A stretch of DNA of 64,000 bases from an uncultured Chloroflexia bacterium (GCA_963797095.1 CAWCNY010000006.1:64001-128000), one strand, 5' to 3'; counted from the stretch's first letter, positions 38,658-48,058 are shown. Numbers and translations are program-made. Notes: generated by a model from the sequence alone, not told the origin.

Positions 38658-39865
38658 GCCGACTGAGGTTCCTCGGTCTCGGGGCCTTCACAGCAGTGGC
38701 GGCCTGGGGCACATCTCTCATTCTAAAAGGCCTCCAGCCACCCGACCAGGTGCCTCCCGTTGATGGCCTGGAGTCCTCGCCACCCCCAGGTGTCCCTGAG
38801 TGGCCCTTTGTCTCCGTCATAGTGCCTGCTCGCAACGAAGAGCGGAATCTGCCCCGTCTCCTGCCCGGCCTTCTCGACCAGCACTACCCCAATTACGAAG
38901 TTATAGTTGTGGACGACCAATCCACGGATGCTACTCCCGGCATCCTGGCCGAGTGGGCCGCGCGCCACTCACGCCTGCGAGTTGTGCAGGGGAGCGGTAT
39001 CCCGGCAGGTAGCACCTGGAAGGGGAAGCCTCACGCCATGTACCAGGGTGCGCTGGCTGCACGCGGCGGGTGGCTCCTTTTTACGGACGCCGATACCGAG
39101 CACTCGCCCATGTCTCTTTCTTCATCTATCTCCTATGCGCTTGACCATAATGTGGACCTTTTTACTATCGCCCCTCATTTTGAACTGGTCAGCCCGGCTG
39201 AAAAGCTGATCATGCCCATCGCTTACGAGGGCATATTTGTACTATACCCGCCAGCCAGGGTCAACGATCCCAGGGACAAAGTCGCCATAGCGAACGGACA
39301 GTTCATCCTGGTCAAGAGGAGTGTGTACGATACCTCCGGCGGCATAGAGCGGGTGAAGGACTGCATAGCGGAGGACCTGGAGTTTGGGAAGGCGATAAAG
39401 GGGGATGGATACCGCCTGCGGCTGGCGGATGGCCGCCACCTGATGAGCGTCAGGATGTACACAAGCTTTGCCGAGGTGTGGGAGGGTTGGAGCAAGAACG
39501 TGGTGCTGTCGTTCCGCAACAACCCACTTCAAGGATTGCTGGCGGCGCAGGGCACATTCTCTATATCGTTTATGCCTGCTGTGATGGCAAGATGGGTGTG
39601 GCTATCCTGGCAAGCTGCCCGCAGGAGCGGCAACCGGGCAGATAAGGTAGCGGCCACCTGGGTTACATTGCTGGCTGCCTGGAATATCGCCACACCGCTG
39701 GCCGTCCGGTCCAGGGTGGACCGCTTGCTTGGCCTCTCCCCGCTGTGGACGCTCACCCAGCCCGTAGGGGCTACGCTCTTCGGCCTGATAATGCTCACGT
39801 CCTTATACCGGCTTCTCACCGGCAAAGGTGTGACATGGAAAGGCCGGGTCTATAAAGGTGGATAA
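38654..39865 (+). CDS. Family 2 glycosyltransferase (HpnB/CrtQ/CruC-like)
   Basis: 'IVPARNEE', 'VDDQSTD', 'WKGKPHA', 'FTDAD', 'NGQFIL', 'AED', 'RMY...WEGWSKN'. Confidence 0.9.
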   Translation: MSRLRFLGLGAFTAVAAWGTSLILKGLQPPDQVPPVDGLESSPPPGVPEWPFVSVIVPARNEERNLPRLLPGLLDQHYPNYEVIVVDDQSTDATPGILAEWAARHSRLRVVQGSGIPAGSTWKGKPHAMYQGALAARGGWLLFTDADTEHSPMSLSSSISYALDHNVDLFTIAPHFELVSPAEKLIMPIAYEGIFVLYPPARVNDPRDKVAIANGQFILVKRSVYDTSGGIERVKDCIAEDLEFGKAIKGDGYRLRLADGRHLMSVRMYTSFAEVWEGWSKNVVLSFRNNPLQGLLAAQGTFSISFMPAVMARWVWLSWQAARRSGNRADKVAATWVTLLAAWNIATPLAVRSRVDRLLGLSPLWTLTQPVGATLFGLIMLTSLYRLLTGKGVTWKGRVYKGG

Positions 39866-39921
39866 AGCGTCCGGTAAGAGAACCGGGTTGAGCAGGGATT
39901 ACAGCCTGGTTATGGGTGCGA

Positions 39922-40758
39922 TTATCCTAAGGCCGGCTGAGCGCCCGGTTCGCTGACCCCTTTGACGAACTGCAATACCTTGCTCCAGACTTGCTCGCGC
40001 TCGGAGTCGAAGGGCACCCCGTGGCCGCTGTTGTGCCACCACACCAATTCTTTCCGCTTCGAGCCTAAATGTTCGTGGAGGTAGCGCGCGCTTTTGGGGT
40101 TGATCACACTGTCCTGCATACCTTGCATGATCAGGGCGGGCGTGGTTACATCGGGCAATATTCTGCGCGTCACCCTCATCAGGTCGAGCAGGTAATCGAC
40201 GGCGATGAGGGGATAGCGGCGGTAGGAATGGTAGCGCTTATGAGCGTCGGGGTCGGTGTGTTTGCCTGGCCTGCGCACGTCGTGCCAGGGGTGGATGTGG
40301 CGCACAATGGGGATCAGGTGGATACGCCTGTCCTGGAAGTAGATCGGTGACGAAATCGTGACGATCCCGCCAATCGAATCGTCGTGTTCTGCGCAAAGAT
40401 GCAGCCCCAGCAGTCCCCCCATAGAGAACCCCACGATCACCACGTTCTCCTTGCTCCTACTCTGCTGGATTTTTCGCAATCCCTCCTGTGCCGAGTATAG
40501 CCAGTCGAGCCAGGTCAGGTCGGTGAGGGCCTCAGGCTCGGTGCCATGCCCTGCCAGCCTGATGCCCTCAACTCTGATGCCATGGTTGGCAAGGTATTCG
40601 CCGAGAGGGCGCATTTCGGGTGGGCTGCCGCTGAACCCATGTATGAGCAGACACGCTGTGGGCGCGTCGGCAGGGCCGAGCGTGAACGGGGTGCGGTCCA
40701 ACTCAGGCTGGGGGGGCATAGGCCTCCTGAACGACAGCCGATCAAATAAACTGGGCAT
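39922..40758 (-). CDS. Carboxylesterase/monoacylglycerol lipase (Est30-like)
   Basis: 'LLIHGFSGSP', GFSMG nucleophile, 'QDSVI', 'SGH'. Confidence 0.92.
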   Translation of the reverse strand: MPSLFDRLSFRRPMPPQPELDRTPFTLGPADAPTACLLIHGFSGSPPEMRPLGEYLANHGIRVEGIRLAGHGTEPEALTDLTWLDWLYSAQEGLRKIQQSRSKENVVIVGFSMGGLLGLHLCAEHDDSIGGIVTISSPIYFQDRRIHLIPIVRHIHPWHDVRRPGKHTDPDAHKRYHSYRRYPLIAVDYLLDLMRVTRRILPDVTTPALIMQGMQDSVINPKSARYLHEHLGSKRKELVWWHNSGHGVPFDSEREQVWSKVLQFVKGVSEPGAQPALG

Positions 40759-40885
40759 TACTCCTTAATGCTACCCCTTCTACTGTCACTTGTCAAAACG
40801 ACATAGGGGGTAAACAAAGTAGAAGGAGGTAGGAAGTGCCAAAGCCAGAGTTGGAAGAAGAATATGCAGTAGGAGCGGCGTCAGG

Positions 40886-41770
40886 TCAAAGGTGACTAAC
40901 AGCCGGTATCACCTCCCGGCCAATCACATCCAGAGGCGTGATCCGGTCCACCAGCGGGACCGCGCCAAACACCGTCTGGATGCCCATGCCTGCGAGCCAT
41001 TGCAACTGCTCGATTAGCCCTTTCGCCTTGGACCCATTCTCCCCAACGTCGAAAAGAAATGGGCAGGTTTTTTCGATGGAATCGTAGTCTCGCCCCTCGG
41101 CCTCGCAATGCCGCCGCAGCACATCCAATTTCTTCGGAATCTCGGGTCCAGGATTTATGTTGCAAGCGTCTGCGTACCGTGCGACAAGGCGCAGTGTCTT
41201 CTGCTCGCCGCTACCGGCAATCATGATCGGTGGGTGCGGGCGGGTGAGGCTCTGCGGCGAATTCAATGCACGTTCGATCTGGAAGTGCTTGCCTCTGTAG
41301 GGTTGGTCGTCGCCGTGCTCCCCGCTCCACATCCGCAAGCAGATTTGCACCGTCTCCTCCAGCATCTCAAAGCGTTCCGCTGTTGAAGGGAAAGGAATGC
41401 CCAACCCCTGCGCTTCATCCGCATAGTCTCCTGCGCCGATGCCCAGCCAGCCACGACCAGCCGCCAGCACATCAAGCGTTGAGACGATCTTCGCCAACAT
41501 CGCGGGGTAACGGAAGTGAGGAGGGGTGGCAAGCGCCATAAGTTTGACACGTTTTGTGCTGGCTGCAAGGTACGCAAGCGCTGTGTAACATTCCGGTATT
41601 TGTCCCTCTACCGGACCCATCCAGGGGGGTACTGCCCACAAATGATCAGCCACAGCGATGGTACTGAAGCCGTTTTCATCTGCGCTCTGGGCTATCTTTG
41701 CCAGTGTGGCACCCAGATTACCGGGACCGCCCTCCCAAATGTAGTTGTTGAGTTGAAGAGCAAGTTTCAT
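40886..41770 (-). CDS. LLM-class F420-dependent oxidoreductase
   Basis: 'VADH', 'LAKIVSTLDVL..GR..LGIGAG', 'ALNSPQ...PHPPIMIAGSGE.KTLRLVARYADACN'. Confidence 0.92.
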   Translation of the reverse strand: MKLALQLNNYIWEGGPGNLGATLAKIAQSADENGFSTIAVADHLWAVPPWMGPVEGQIPECYTALAYLAASTKRVKLMALATPPHFRYPAMLAKIVSTLDVLAAGRGWLGIGAGDYADEAQGLGIPFPSTAERFEMLEETVQICLRMWSGEHGDDQPYRGKHFQIERALNSPQSLTRPHPPIMIAGSGEQKTLRLVARYADACNINPGPEIPKKLDVLRRHCEAEGRDYDSIEKTCPFLFDVGENGSKAKGLIEQLQWLAGMGIQTVFGAVPLVDRITPLDVIGREVIPAVSHL

Positions 41771-41789
41771 GAAATACTACCTCCTTTTG

Positions 41790-42265
41790 CGAGCGACCTG
41801 ACGATGGTGCCGGGGTGCCGCGGTGCCGGGGGTGGCCTGGCGATAGGGGTCGGCTCAGGTGAAGGCCGACCAGCAGCCAGCGCCCGCGCTGCTTCGCAAA
41901 GACCAGCGTCGTGCGGAACTGGCCCTACATGGCCCGGCCCTGGTACGTCACTTTTTGCGCTTGCCGGCCAGTCACCACCGCTGCGTCTCGCGCGTCCCCG
42001 TAGATGTGCACCTTTACCTCGTCCCAGTTGAATTGCTGGTACTTCAAAGCATCCGATGTGATGCGCTGAAGCCACGGTCTATCATCCCGTTGCGCATCGG
42101 GAGGCACAGGGCCTCCGCTATTTGCTTCCCACCCCCAGCAACAATTCTGCCGGAGCCATCAGGCCCAGGCCATTAGACCCCTCAAACTGGCTCAAAGCCT
42201 GTCTCACGTCCTCCAACAGGTGCTGCTGCTCTCACTTCTGACGCTTCCCTTGCATATCCCCCATG
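41790..42265 (-). pseudogene. Degenerate DUF4440/NTF2-like gene
   Basis: 'WLQRI...LKY..F.WDEVKVHIYGD..AAVVTGRQ.Q...YQG' then an in-frame TAG, followed by 'GQFRTTLVF...W.LVGLHLS'; scrambled 5' end. Confidence 0.6.
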
Positions 42266-42318
42266 TGAGATTCCCCCTTCTGTTCGCTATCTGCTCACTA
42301 CCGGCAGTATGGCACCCT

Positions 42319-42458
42319 CTCTATTGAGACACCTCTATTGAGACACCTCTATTGAGACACCTCTATTGAGACACCTCTATTGAGACACCTCTATTGAGAC
42401 ACCTCTATTGAGACACCTCTATTGAGACACCTCTATTGAGACACCTCTATTGAGACAC
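42319..42458. repeat. Perfect tandem repeat (CTCTATTGAGACAC)x10
   Basis: Ten identical 14-bp units; the last overlaps the MFS stop codon. Confidence 0.98.
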
Positions 42459-44228
42459 CGGCTTTTCCAGAACCAGGTCCGGGCTGAGCGCCTCGGGAGC
42501 CCCCTCGATGGCCCTGCTCTCCGTGTCGGCAGCTGCGCGGGCGGTGCTGCGGCGAAGGGCGATCTCCGGTATGAAAGCGACAAAGAACGTCGATATCGCC
42601 AGTACGATCGCGCCTATCAAGAACGCCTCGGTGGTGGCCGCTCCCAGCGCGGGTTTGATCGGGGCGGTGATCGCGGTGATCGTCTGGTCTACCTGCGCGG
42701 CGGACAAACTCAGGCCCTCCAGTTGCTGGCGCAGGGTGGAGATCGTGTCGGGGCTGATCAGCGCTTGAGGGCTGATATTGCTCAGGAAAGCGCCGAACTG
42801 GGGGTTCGATTTGAGCTGATCGGGGAGTAGAGCCTGGTACTCGCTGGCGAACCGGTTGTTGACGATGGTGCCGAAGACGGCCACCCCTATCGTGCCGCCA
42901 ATCGAGCGGAAGAAGGTGGTAGCCGAGGTCACAACACCCAATCTCTGCGGTGGAAAAGCGTTCTGCACGATGAGGGTGTAGAGGGGCTGCGCGATGCCGA
43001 GACCTATGCCCATGACCACCATGTAGGCCGCCGTTTGCAAGGTGGGTATATCAATTGCCATTGTGGAAAGCAAGAACATCCCGATCGCCATTACGATCTG
43101 CCCGATTATCGCCAGTATTCGATACCTGCCGGTGCGGCTCACTATCTGGCCGGATATGATGCTGAATACGATTGAGCCGAACATGAGAGGCACGATTGCG
43201 TTGCCGCTGTTGGTGGCGCTTTGACCTTGCACCCCCTGAATAAAGAGCGGCAGGTTGATGATCGCGCCGAACATGCCCAGGCCCACCAGAGCCACCGTGA
43301 TCACAGACAGCACGAAGATGCGGTTCTTGAACAGGTCGAGCGGGATGATCGGCTCTGCCGCTCGCGACTCTCGCCACAGGAAGAGGGCAAGGAACACCGC
43401 ACCTATGACGAACATGGTCAGGATGGAGCCGGAGCCCCAGGGGAAGTCCTTGCTGCCCCCGAGTGACAGAGCCAGAAGCACAGGGGTCACCGTGCCGATG
43501 AGAGTTAGCACGCCCACCCAGTCTATCGAGCGGCTACCGCTTCGGGCCTGGATGATATTGGGGAAGGTAAAGGCAACCATGGGGATCGCGATGAGGCCCA
43601 CCGGCACATTCACATAGAACACCCACTGCCAACCTATGTTATCCGTAATGAAGCCGCCAACGGTGGGTCCAATTACCGAGGCTATGCCAAATACCGCCCC
43701 GAACAGGCCCTGCCAGCGCCCCCGGTCGGCGGGTGCCACCACATCGCCCACGATGGTGAAGGCGTTAGCCAGCATCAGACCGCCGCCTATGCCCTGTATG
43801 GCCCGGAAGAATATCAACTCTGCCATGCCGACTGTAAGACTGGGCACCGTTATGCCGAACAGGTTGAACTCGTCTGTGCCGCTGGAAAGGCCGGAGAGCA
43901 TTGAGGCCCCTATAAAGATGACCATGCCCCCCACGAAGAACCATTTGCGGCCAAAGAGGTCGCCGATCTTACCCGCAATCGGCACTGTGACGGTGGAGGT
44001 GAGCAGGTAAGCGGTGGTGACCCAGGCGTAGTGCTCCAGGCCCCTGAGATCGCTCACAATGCGGAACATGGCCGGGCCAACAACGGTCTGGTCGAGAGCC
44101 GCAAGGAGCAAGCCGAGCATGACCCCGCCCATAATGACATAAAGCTGCCTGCCGTGCACCTCGGTGGGTATGTGGGCCGGCATTTGCTGAGGGCTATCGG
44201 CCGATATTGCAGGACTTTGCTGTTCCAT
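42447..44228 (-). CDS. DHA2 (EmrB/QacA) MDR MFS transporter
   Basis: 'LAALDQTVV', 'WVTTAYLL', 'GKIGDLFGRK', 'WVFYVNVPVG', 'EPIIPLDLF'. Confidence 0.95.
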   Translation of the reverse strand: MEQQSPAISADSPQQMPAHIPTEVHGRQLYVIMGGVMLGLLLAALDQTVVGPAMFRIVSDLRGLEHYAWVTTAYLLTSTVTVPIAGKIGDLFGRKWFFVGGMVIFIGASMLSGLSSGTDEFNLFGITVPSLTVGMAELIFFRAIQGIGGGLMLANAFTIVGDVVAPADRGRWQGLFGAVFGIASVIGPTVGGFITDNIGWQWVFYVNVPVGLIAIPMVAFTFPNIIQARSGSRSIDWVGVLTLIGTVTPVLLALSLGGSKDFPWGSGSILTMFVIGAVFLALFLWRESRAAEPIIPLDLFKNRIFVLSVITVALVGLGMFGAIINLPLFIQGVQGQSATNSGNAIVPLMFGSIVFSIISGQIVSRTGRYRILAIIGQIVMAIGMFLLSTMAIDIPTLQTAAYMVVMGIGLGIAQPLYTLIVQNAFPPQRLGVVTSATTFFRSIGGTIGVAVFGTIVNNRFASEYQALLPDQLKSNPQFGAFLSNISPQALISPDTISTLRQQLEGLSLSAAQVDQTITAITAPIKPALGAATTEAFLIGAIVLAISTFFVAFIPEIALRRSTARAAADTESRAIEGAPEALSPDLVLEKPVSQ

Positions 44229-44313
44229 ATCTCGTTTGCTCCTATTCCTATTGTTGGGTTAGAGCGTTATGGGTGCTCGCGATCGGACGCGGTAGGCTCA
44301 CCTACTGCAAACT

Positions 44314-44790
44314 CTATTCCACGGTGACGATAAGTTTGCGGAGGAGGCTATTGAGTTGCTCAAGCTCGTCATCGTTCAGGCGCTCGGTCATCTTCCCCGT
44401 CTGTTTCTGGTGCTCCGCCTCGATGACCGCAGCAGAGGTATCATCTTCCAGCTCAAGCTGCTCTAAATCCATGACATGTGTGGTAATATTCGTCAGTCCC
44501 TCAAGCTCCGCCAGGCGCGCAGCGATGGAGAGCATGTCCGCTGAAATATCGGTGGCTAGAATGGAGCCGCCCGGTCCCACGAGGCGGGCTGCCAAGAAAC
44601 TCTGATCTCCAGTACCTGCCGCAATGTCAAGAACATGATCTCCTGGCTGGAGCCCCGCCGCTTCGAGCATGCGCTCGGTCGTTGGGGCGAAATCGTGCCG
44701 ACGCCGGTCGACATCCTGCTGCCATTGCTCGGCCTCAGATGCACTCTGTAAGCTCCTCTGCGGCAGTGGTCCTTGCTCCTCGGTTGCCAT
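44314..44790 (-). pseudogene. Truncated SAM methyltransferase fused in-frame to a MarR-like C-terminal helix
   Basis: 'VLDIAAGTG' and 'TDIS..ML' present but the post-motif-II half is missing; tail 'ERLNDDELEQLNSLLRKL'. Confidence 0.6.
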
Positions 44791-44931
44791 CGGTGGTTCC
44801 TTTCTCATCTGGTTAGTGCTCTGCCAGTGGTCTCGCTGGAGGCACAGGCCCGTTTCCAGTCAAGAGCGAAGCTGGTAAGCCTTGTCCCAGCACGAACAAA
44901 ATATGGTCGGCCATCACGTCGGGAGTAGTAA

Positions 44932-45471
44932 TTACCCGACGTTGAGTTCATTGTTTTGATCTTTTTCATCTTGTTGGCCGAGGTGCCAACGGACGATCCG
45001 GAAGCCGAACTTCACCGCGACTTCGAGGCGGTCGCGGTCCAGCCTGCCGTCGGGCCCTTTGGGGATGCCCACGAAGGCGCTGACTGTGGGATTCGCCGCC
45101 GTCATGACCGCAAGCAATCGCTCGATCTCGTCGGGATCCTTGACTAGCTCAGGTCGCGCAACGACATCACGCCCCCGCAGCCGAATGTGCACCGGTTGGC
45201 CGTCTTGTAGGTTCCACTTCCAATTGCCGCCGCCTGGAGTGAGCAGTGTGTCGCCCTGTTGTACATAGCTCACCGGCTGCCGGTAGGCCTTACCGGTCTT
45301 GCGGCCCTTGTATGAAAGGAGCATAAGCCGGCCGCTGAGCGGAGTGCGAAAGGGGAGGCGCAGAATCACTCGCATCGGAACGTTTAACACGCTCATGAAG
45401 CGAGCCTGGATCCGTCTGCCAAGCGGGCGCTTTGGACTTTCGGGCGCCCGGTTCATTGTAGTCGTTTTCAT
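44932..45471 (-). CDS. Deazaflavin-dependent nitroreductase (DDN/FQR)-like protein
   Basis: 'LLSYKGRKTGK.Y..PV', 'WKWNL', 'V.IRLRG'. Confidence 0.8.
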   Translation of the reverse strand: MKTTTMNRAPESPKRPLGRRIQARFMSVLNVPMRVILRLPFRTPLSGRLMLLSYKGRKTGKAYRQPVSYVQQGDTLLTPGGGNWKWNLQDGQPVHIRLRGRDVVARPELVKDPDEIERLLAVMTAANPTVSAFVGIPKGPDGRLDRDRLEVAVKFGFRIVRWHLGQQDEKDQNNELNVG

Positions 45472-45532
45472 AATGTCATTACTCCCATAGCGTGCGCGAG
45501 CCTTCGAACCGGTTGCAACGCACACGTGATCA

Positions 45533-45979
45533 TTACTGCTGCCGTTCCACTAGCTGAAAGACTGGGTGGTAGAGCGCTTCTGCGACAAAGGCTTCTAGTG
45601 GGGACTCTGGTGTTGCATCGAAATAGCCGCCCTGGCGCACAAAAGAGAAGCGCTTGAGATACTCTTTGAGAACAGGTGCGCTCTCTGTCGGCGACTGTTC
45701 GATGATGCCCAGTACCTCACGCGTTCGACCGTGTGCCAGCATCACTGTGCCAGCCGCCCTTGCATTCAGCACCCAACTCACGGTGCCATAGGGCGATACC
45801 AGCCAGCGTTTGCCGCCCCACTCGATGGGCGTCACCGGAAGAGTATAACTTTTACCCGTTGTGCGGCCCCGTACGGTCAGCATATGGAATGGTCCAAGAC
45901 GAACGCCAGCACCGGCCAGCATAATCAGCGCCTTATTGAAGACACGTTGTCCCAAGGGAGGGTGAAATTGCTTCGGCAT
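45533..45979 (-). CDS. Deazaflavin-dependent nitroreductase (DDN/FQR)-like protein
   Basis: 'LTVRGRTTGK...PV', 'LVSPYG...WVLNARAAG', 'HPVFQL'. Confidence 0.85.
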   Translation of the reverse strand: MPKQFHPPLGQRVFNKALIMLAGAGVRLGPFHMLTVRGRTTGKSYTLPVTPIEWGGKRWLVSPYGTVSWVLNARAAGTVMLAHGRTREVLGIIEQSPTESAPVLKEYLKRFSFVRQGGYFDATPESPLEAFVAEALYHPVFQLVERQQ

Positions 45980-46032
45980 AGATTTGCTCTCCTAATAAAC
46001 GAGTCATGTTTATGACAAGTCATGTTCAGCTA

Positions 46033-46749
46033 TCAGCTATCAGAGCCCATATCCTGCAGATCCTTGATCGTTAGCATGGGTCCGGGCAACGGCGGGGTGG
46101 GGCGGTCATGGGCAGCCCATAGCCCATCGAGCACCAGGTCCAAATGACGATGCGCGACGCGAGCGTCCAGTGTGCCAGAGAAAGGATCGAGGAGCGGTCG
46201 GGCCAGGCGGATGATCAACAACCCAATGTCACCGAATGCCACATCCGGGCGCAGTGTCCCATCCGCCTGAGCGCGATCAATGATAGCCTGGACCGGCTTG
46301 GTAGCCTCCTCTCGCGTGTGGAGCATCTCCGTGTCCTCCATTGGTATTTGGTTGGCCAGCGCGGGCATGACCACGCCGATGCGCAGGTCGAGGGCGCGGT
46401 GCATGTAGCGGGTGAGCGCCCGGAAGGCGTCAGGCTCCTCGTCTAGCGCCGAGCGTGCTTCATGCGCCACACTGGCCAGTACATCAAGCGCGACAGCGCG
46501 CAGCAGCGACTGACGGTCGGGGAACCGACGATACAGCGTGCCGATTCCCACGCCAGCCCTCTGAGCTATCTCCTCGAGTGGCGCGCCAGGACCTTGAAAA
46601 GCGAAAACCTCGCGGGCGGCGACCAGGATCTGCTCACGGTTCCGGCGTGCATCGGCACGTATGCGCGGTGCCTCACGGAGCTCACGGACCTCACGGGCCG
46701 AGCCAGCATATTCCGGCGCCTGACCATCACGAACGAAGGAATTGCTCAT
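46033..46749 (-). CDS. TetR/AcrR family regulator
   Basis: 'RADARRNREQIL..A..VF...G...LEEIA.RAGVGIGTLYRRFP'. Confidence 0.95.
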   Translation of the reverse strand: MSNSFVRDGQAPEYAGSAREVRELREAPRIRADARRNREQILVAAREVFAFQGPGAPLEEIAQRAGVGIGTLYRRFPDRQSLLRAVALDVLASVAHEARSALDEEPDAFRALTRYMHRALDLRIGVVMPALANQIPMEDTEMLHTREEATKPVQAIIDRAQADGTLRPDVAFGDIGLLIIRLARPLLDPFSGTLDARVAHRHLDLVLDGLWAAHDRPTPPLPGPMLTIKDLQDMGSDS

Positions 46750-46813
46750 TGTGTACCTCCTAGCGCGTTACAATGATGTGGTTGGCCAACTACTACAGGT
46801 TCGTCTACTATCA

Positions 46814-46876
46814 CATGTGGAGGAGAATCCTCCACATGAAGCATATTATACCACAGAAGTGGAGGATTTTCCACCG
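46814..46876 (-). promoter_or_regulatory. tetR promoter flanked by two operators
   Basis: Perfect IR CATGTGGAGGA-N3-TCCTCCACATG (46814-46838); degenerate copy GTGGAGGATTTTCCACCG; TGgTATAAT extended -10 between them. Confidence 0.75.
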
Positions 46877-47170
46877 TATGTGAACGCCTCCTCGGCAAAT
46901 GCATATGTATTGAACCCCGCCTGTGAAAGGTCTGCTCTAGAGTCAAATAGCCCCAACTTGCATCAGTCTAATGCTTTCTATTGAGTTGCGGACGTTGAGC
47001 CAAGAGTGTCATTCTCCGATTGAACCGTCACTGCATTTAGATGCGTTTGCCCTGGTCTGAACATGAACGCTTACCAGTCTGGTATTGCCGCGCTCCATCT
47101 GTTAGAATTAGTGATTATCTGCACTAACCCCATATCTGACACTTTACAACTGACAAGCGCTAATATACTT

Positions 47171-48058
47171 ATGACCAAACATTCCTCAGAACACATAGAT
47201 CTGCCCGACCTGCGCCTCTTGCCTGTTGAGGGGCTCGTTTTGCACGAGCACGCCGATCCGAAGCGTGTAGCGCGGATGGAGACCAGGCTGGGTGCCGACG
47301 GCTATCTCAAGAATCCACCTATTGTGGCACCGATCCCCGGCACCGACCGCTTTGTGGTGCTCGATGGGGCCAACCGCACCCGCGCCCTGGAAGCGCTGGG
47401 TTGCATGCACATACTGGCTCAGGTGGTGGACTACAAATCCAATCACGTGCAGCTTCTCACCTGGCACCATCTCATAACGGGCAAGAAGCCGGTCAATTTC
47501 CTGAAAGAGATCGCCAGCGTACAGGGCATTGTGCTTCGCCCCCTCCAACTTAAGCTGGCACGTGCCGCGCTCGCAGACCGAGCTATCCTTGCCTATATTG
47601 CGGTTCCTATCGCGGAGGGTTCAGATCCTTCAGCCGTCTTTACGGTAGATGGGGCCAACGGGAACGAACATCTCGACACCGAAAAATCGACCGCTCTTCT
47701 CAACGCGCTTGTGGATACGTACAGAGTCGACCCACAGGTGTCTATTCACCGCACCAACTCCGACGACCTCGAAGACTTCATGAGCTACTACGCCGATATC
47801 AGCGGCATTGTGGTGTTCCCACCTTATACGCCGGACGACATACTGCACCTGGCGGAGGCAGGCACCAAAGTGCCTACAGGGATCACCCGCCACATCATCA
47901 GCCATCGCGCTTTGCGTGTGAATATCCCCGTGAGCCTGATGTCAGGAGCCGAACCGCTCTCTGAGAAGAATGCCTGGTGGCAGAACCAGGTCAAGAGCAA
48001 GCTTGCAGCCAACGAGGTCCGCTTCTACCAGGAATCGACCTATTTGTTTGACGAATAG
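47171..48058 (+). CDS. ParB/Srx-fold protein resembling SbnI/SerK L-serine kinases
   Basis: 'LVLHE', 'NPPIV', 'VLDGANR..AL..LG', 'TWHH', 'VPTGITRH...RAL....P', 'RFYQESTYLFDE'. Confidence 0.7.
   Translation: MTKHSSEHIDLPDLRLLPVEGLVLHEHADPKRVARMETRLGADGYLKNPPIVAPIPGTDRFVVLDGANRTRALEALGCMHILAQVVDYKSNHVQLLTWHHLITGKKPVNFLKEIASVQGIVLRPLQLKLARAALADRAILAYIAVPIAEGSDPSAVFTVDGANGNEHLDTEKSTALLNALVDTYRVDPQVSIHRTNSDDLEDFMSYYADISGIVVFPPYTPDDILHLAEAGTKVPTGITRHIISHRALRVNIPVSLMSGAEPLSEKNAWWQNQVKSKLAANEVRFYQESTYLFDE

Noticed and set aside
41925-41927. Pyrrolysine or read-through TAG in the DUF4440-like gene
   Set aside because: The 5' part of the gene is also scrambled; a simple GAG-to-TAG nonsense change is more parsimonious
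42319-42458. CRISPR array
   Set aside because: The 14-bp units are contiguous with no spacers, and no cas genes are in the window
47171-48058. Chromosome-partitioning ParB or nearby origin
   Set aside because: No HTH or GERR motif, and no parA, parS or DnaA-box cluster seen
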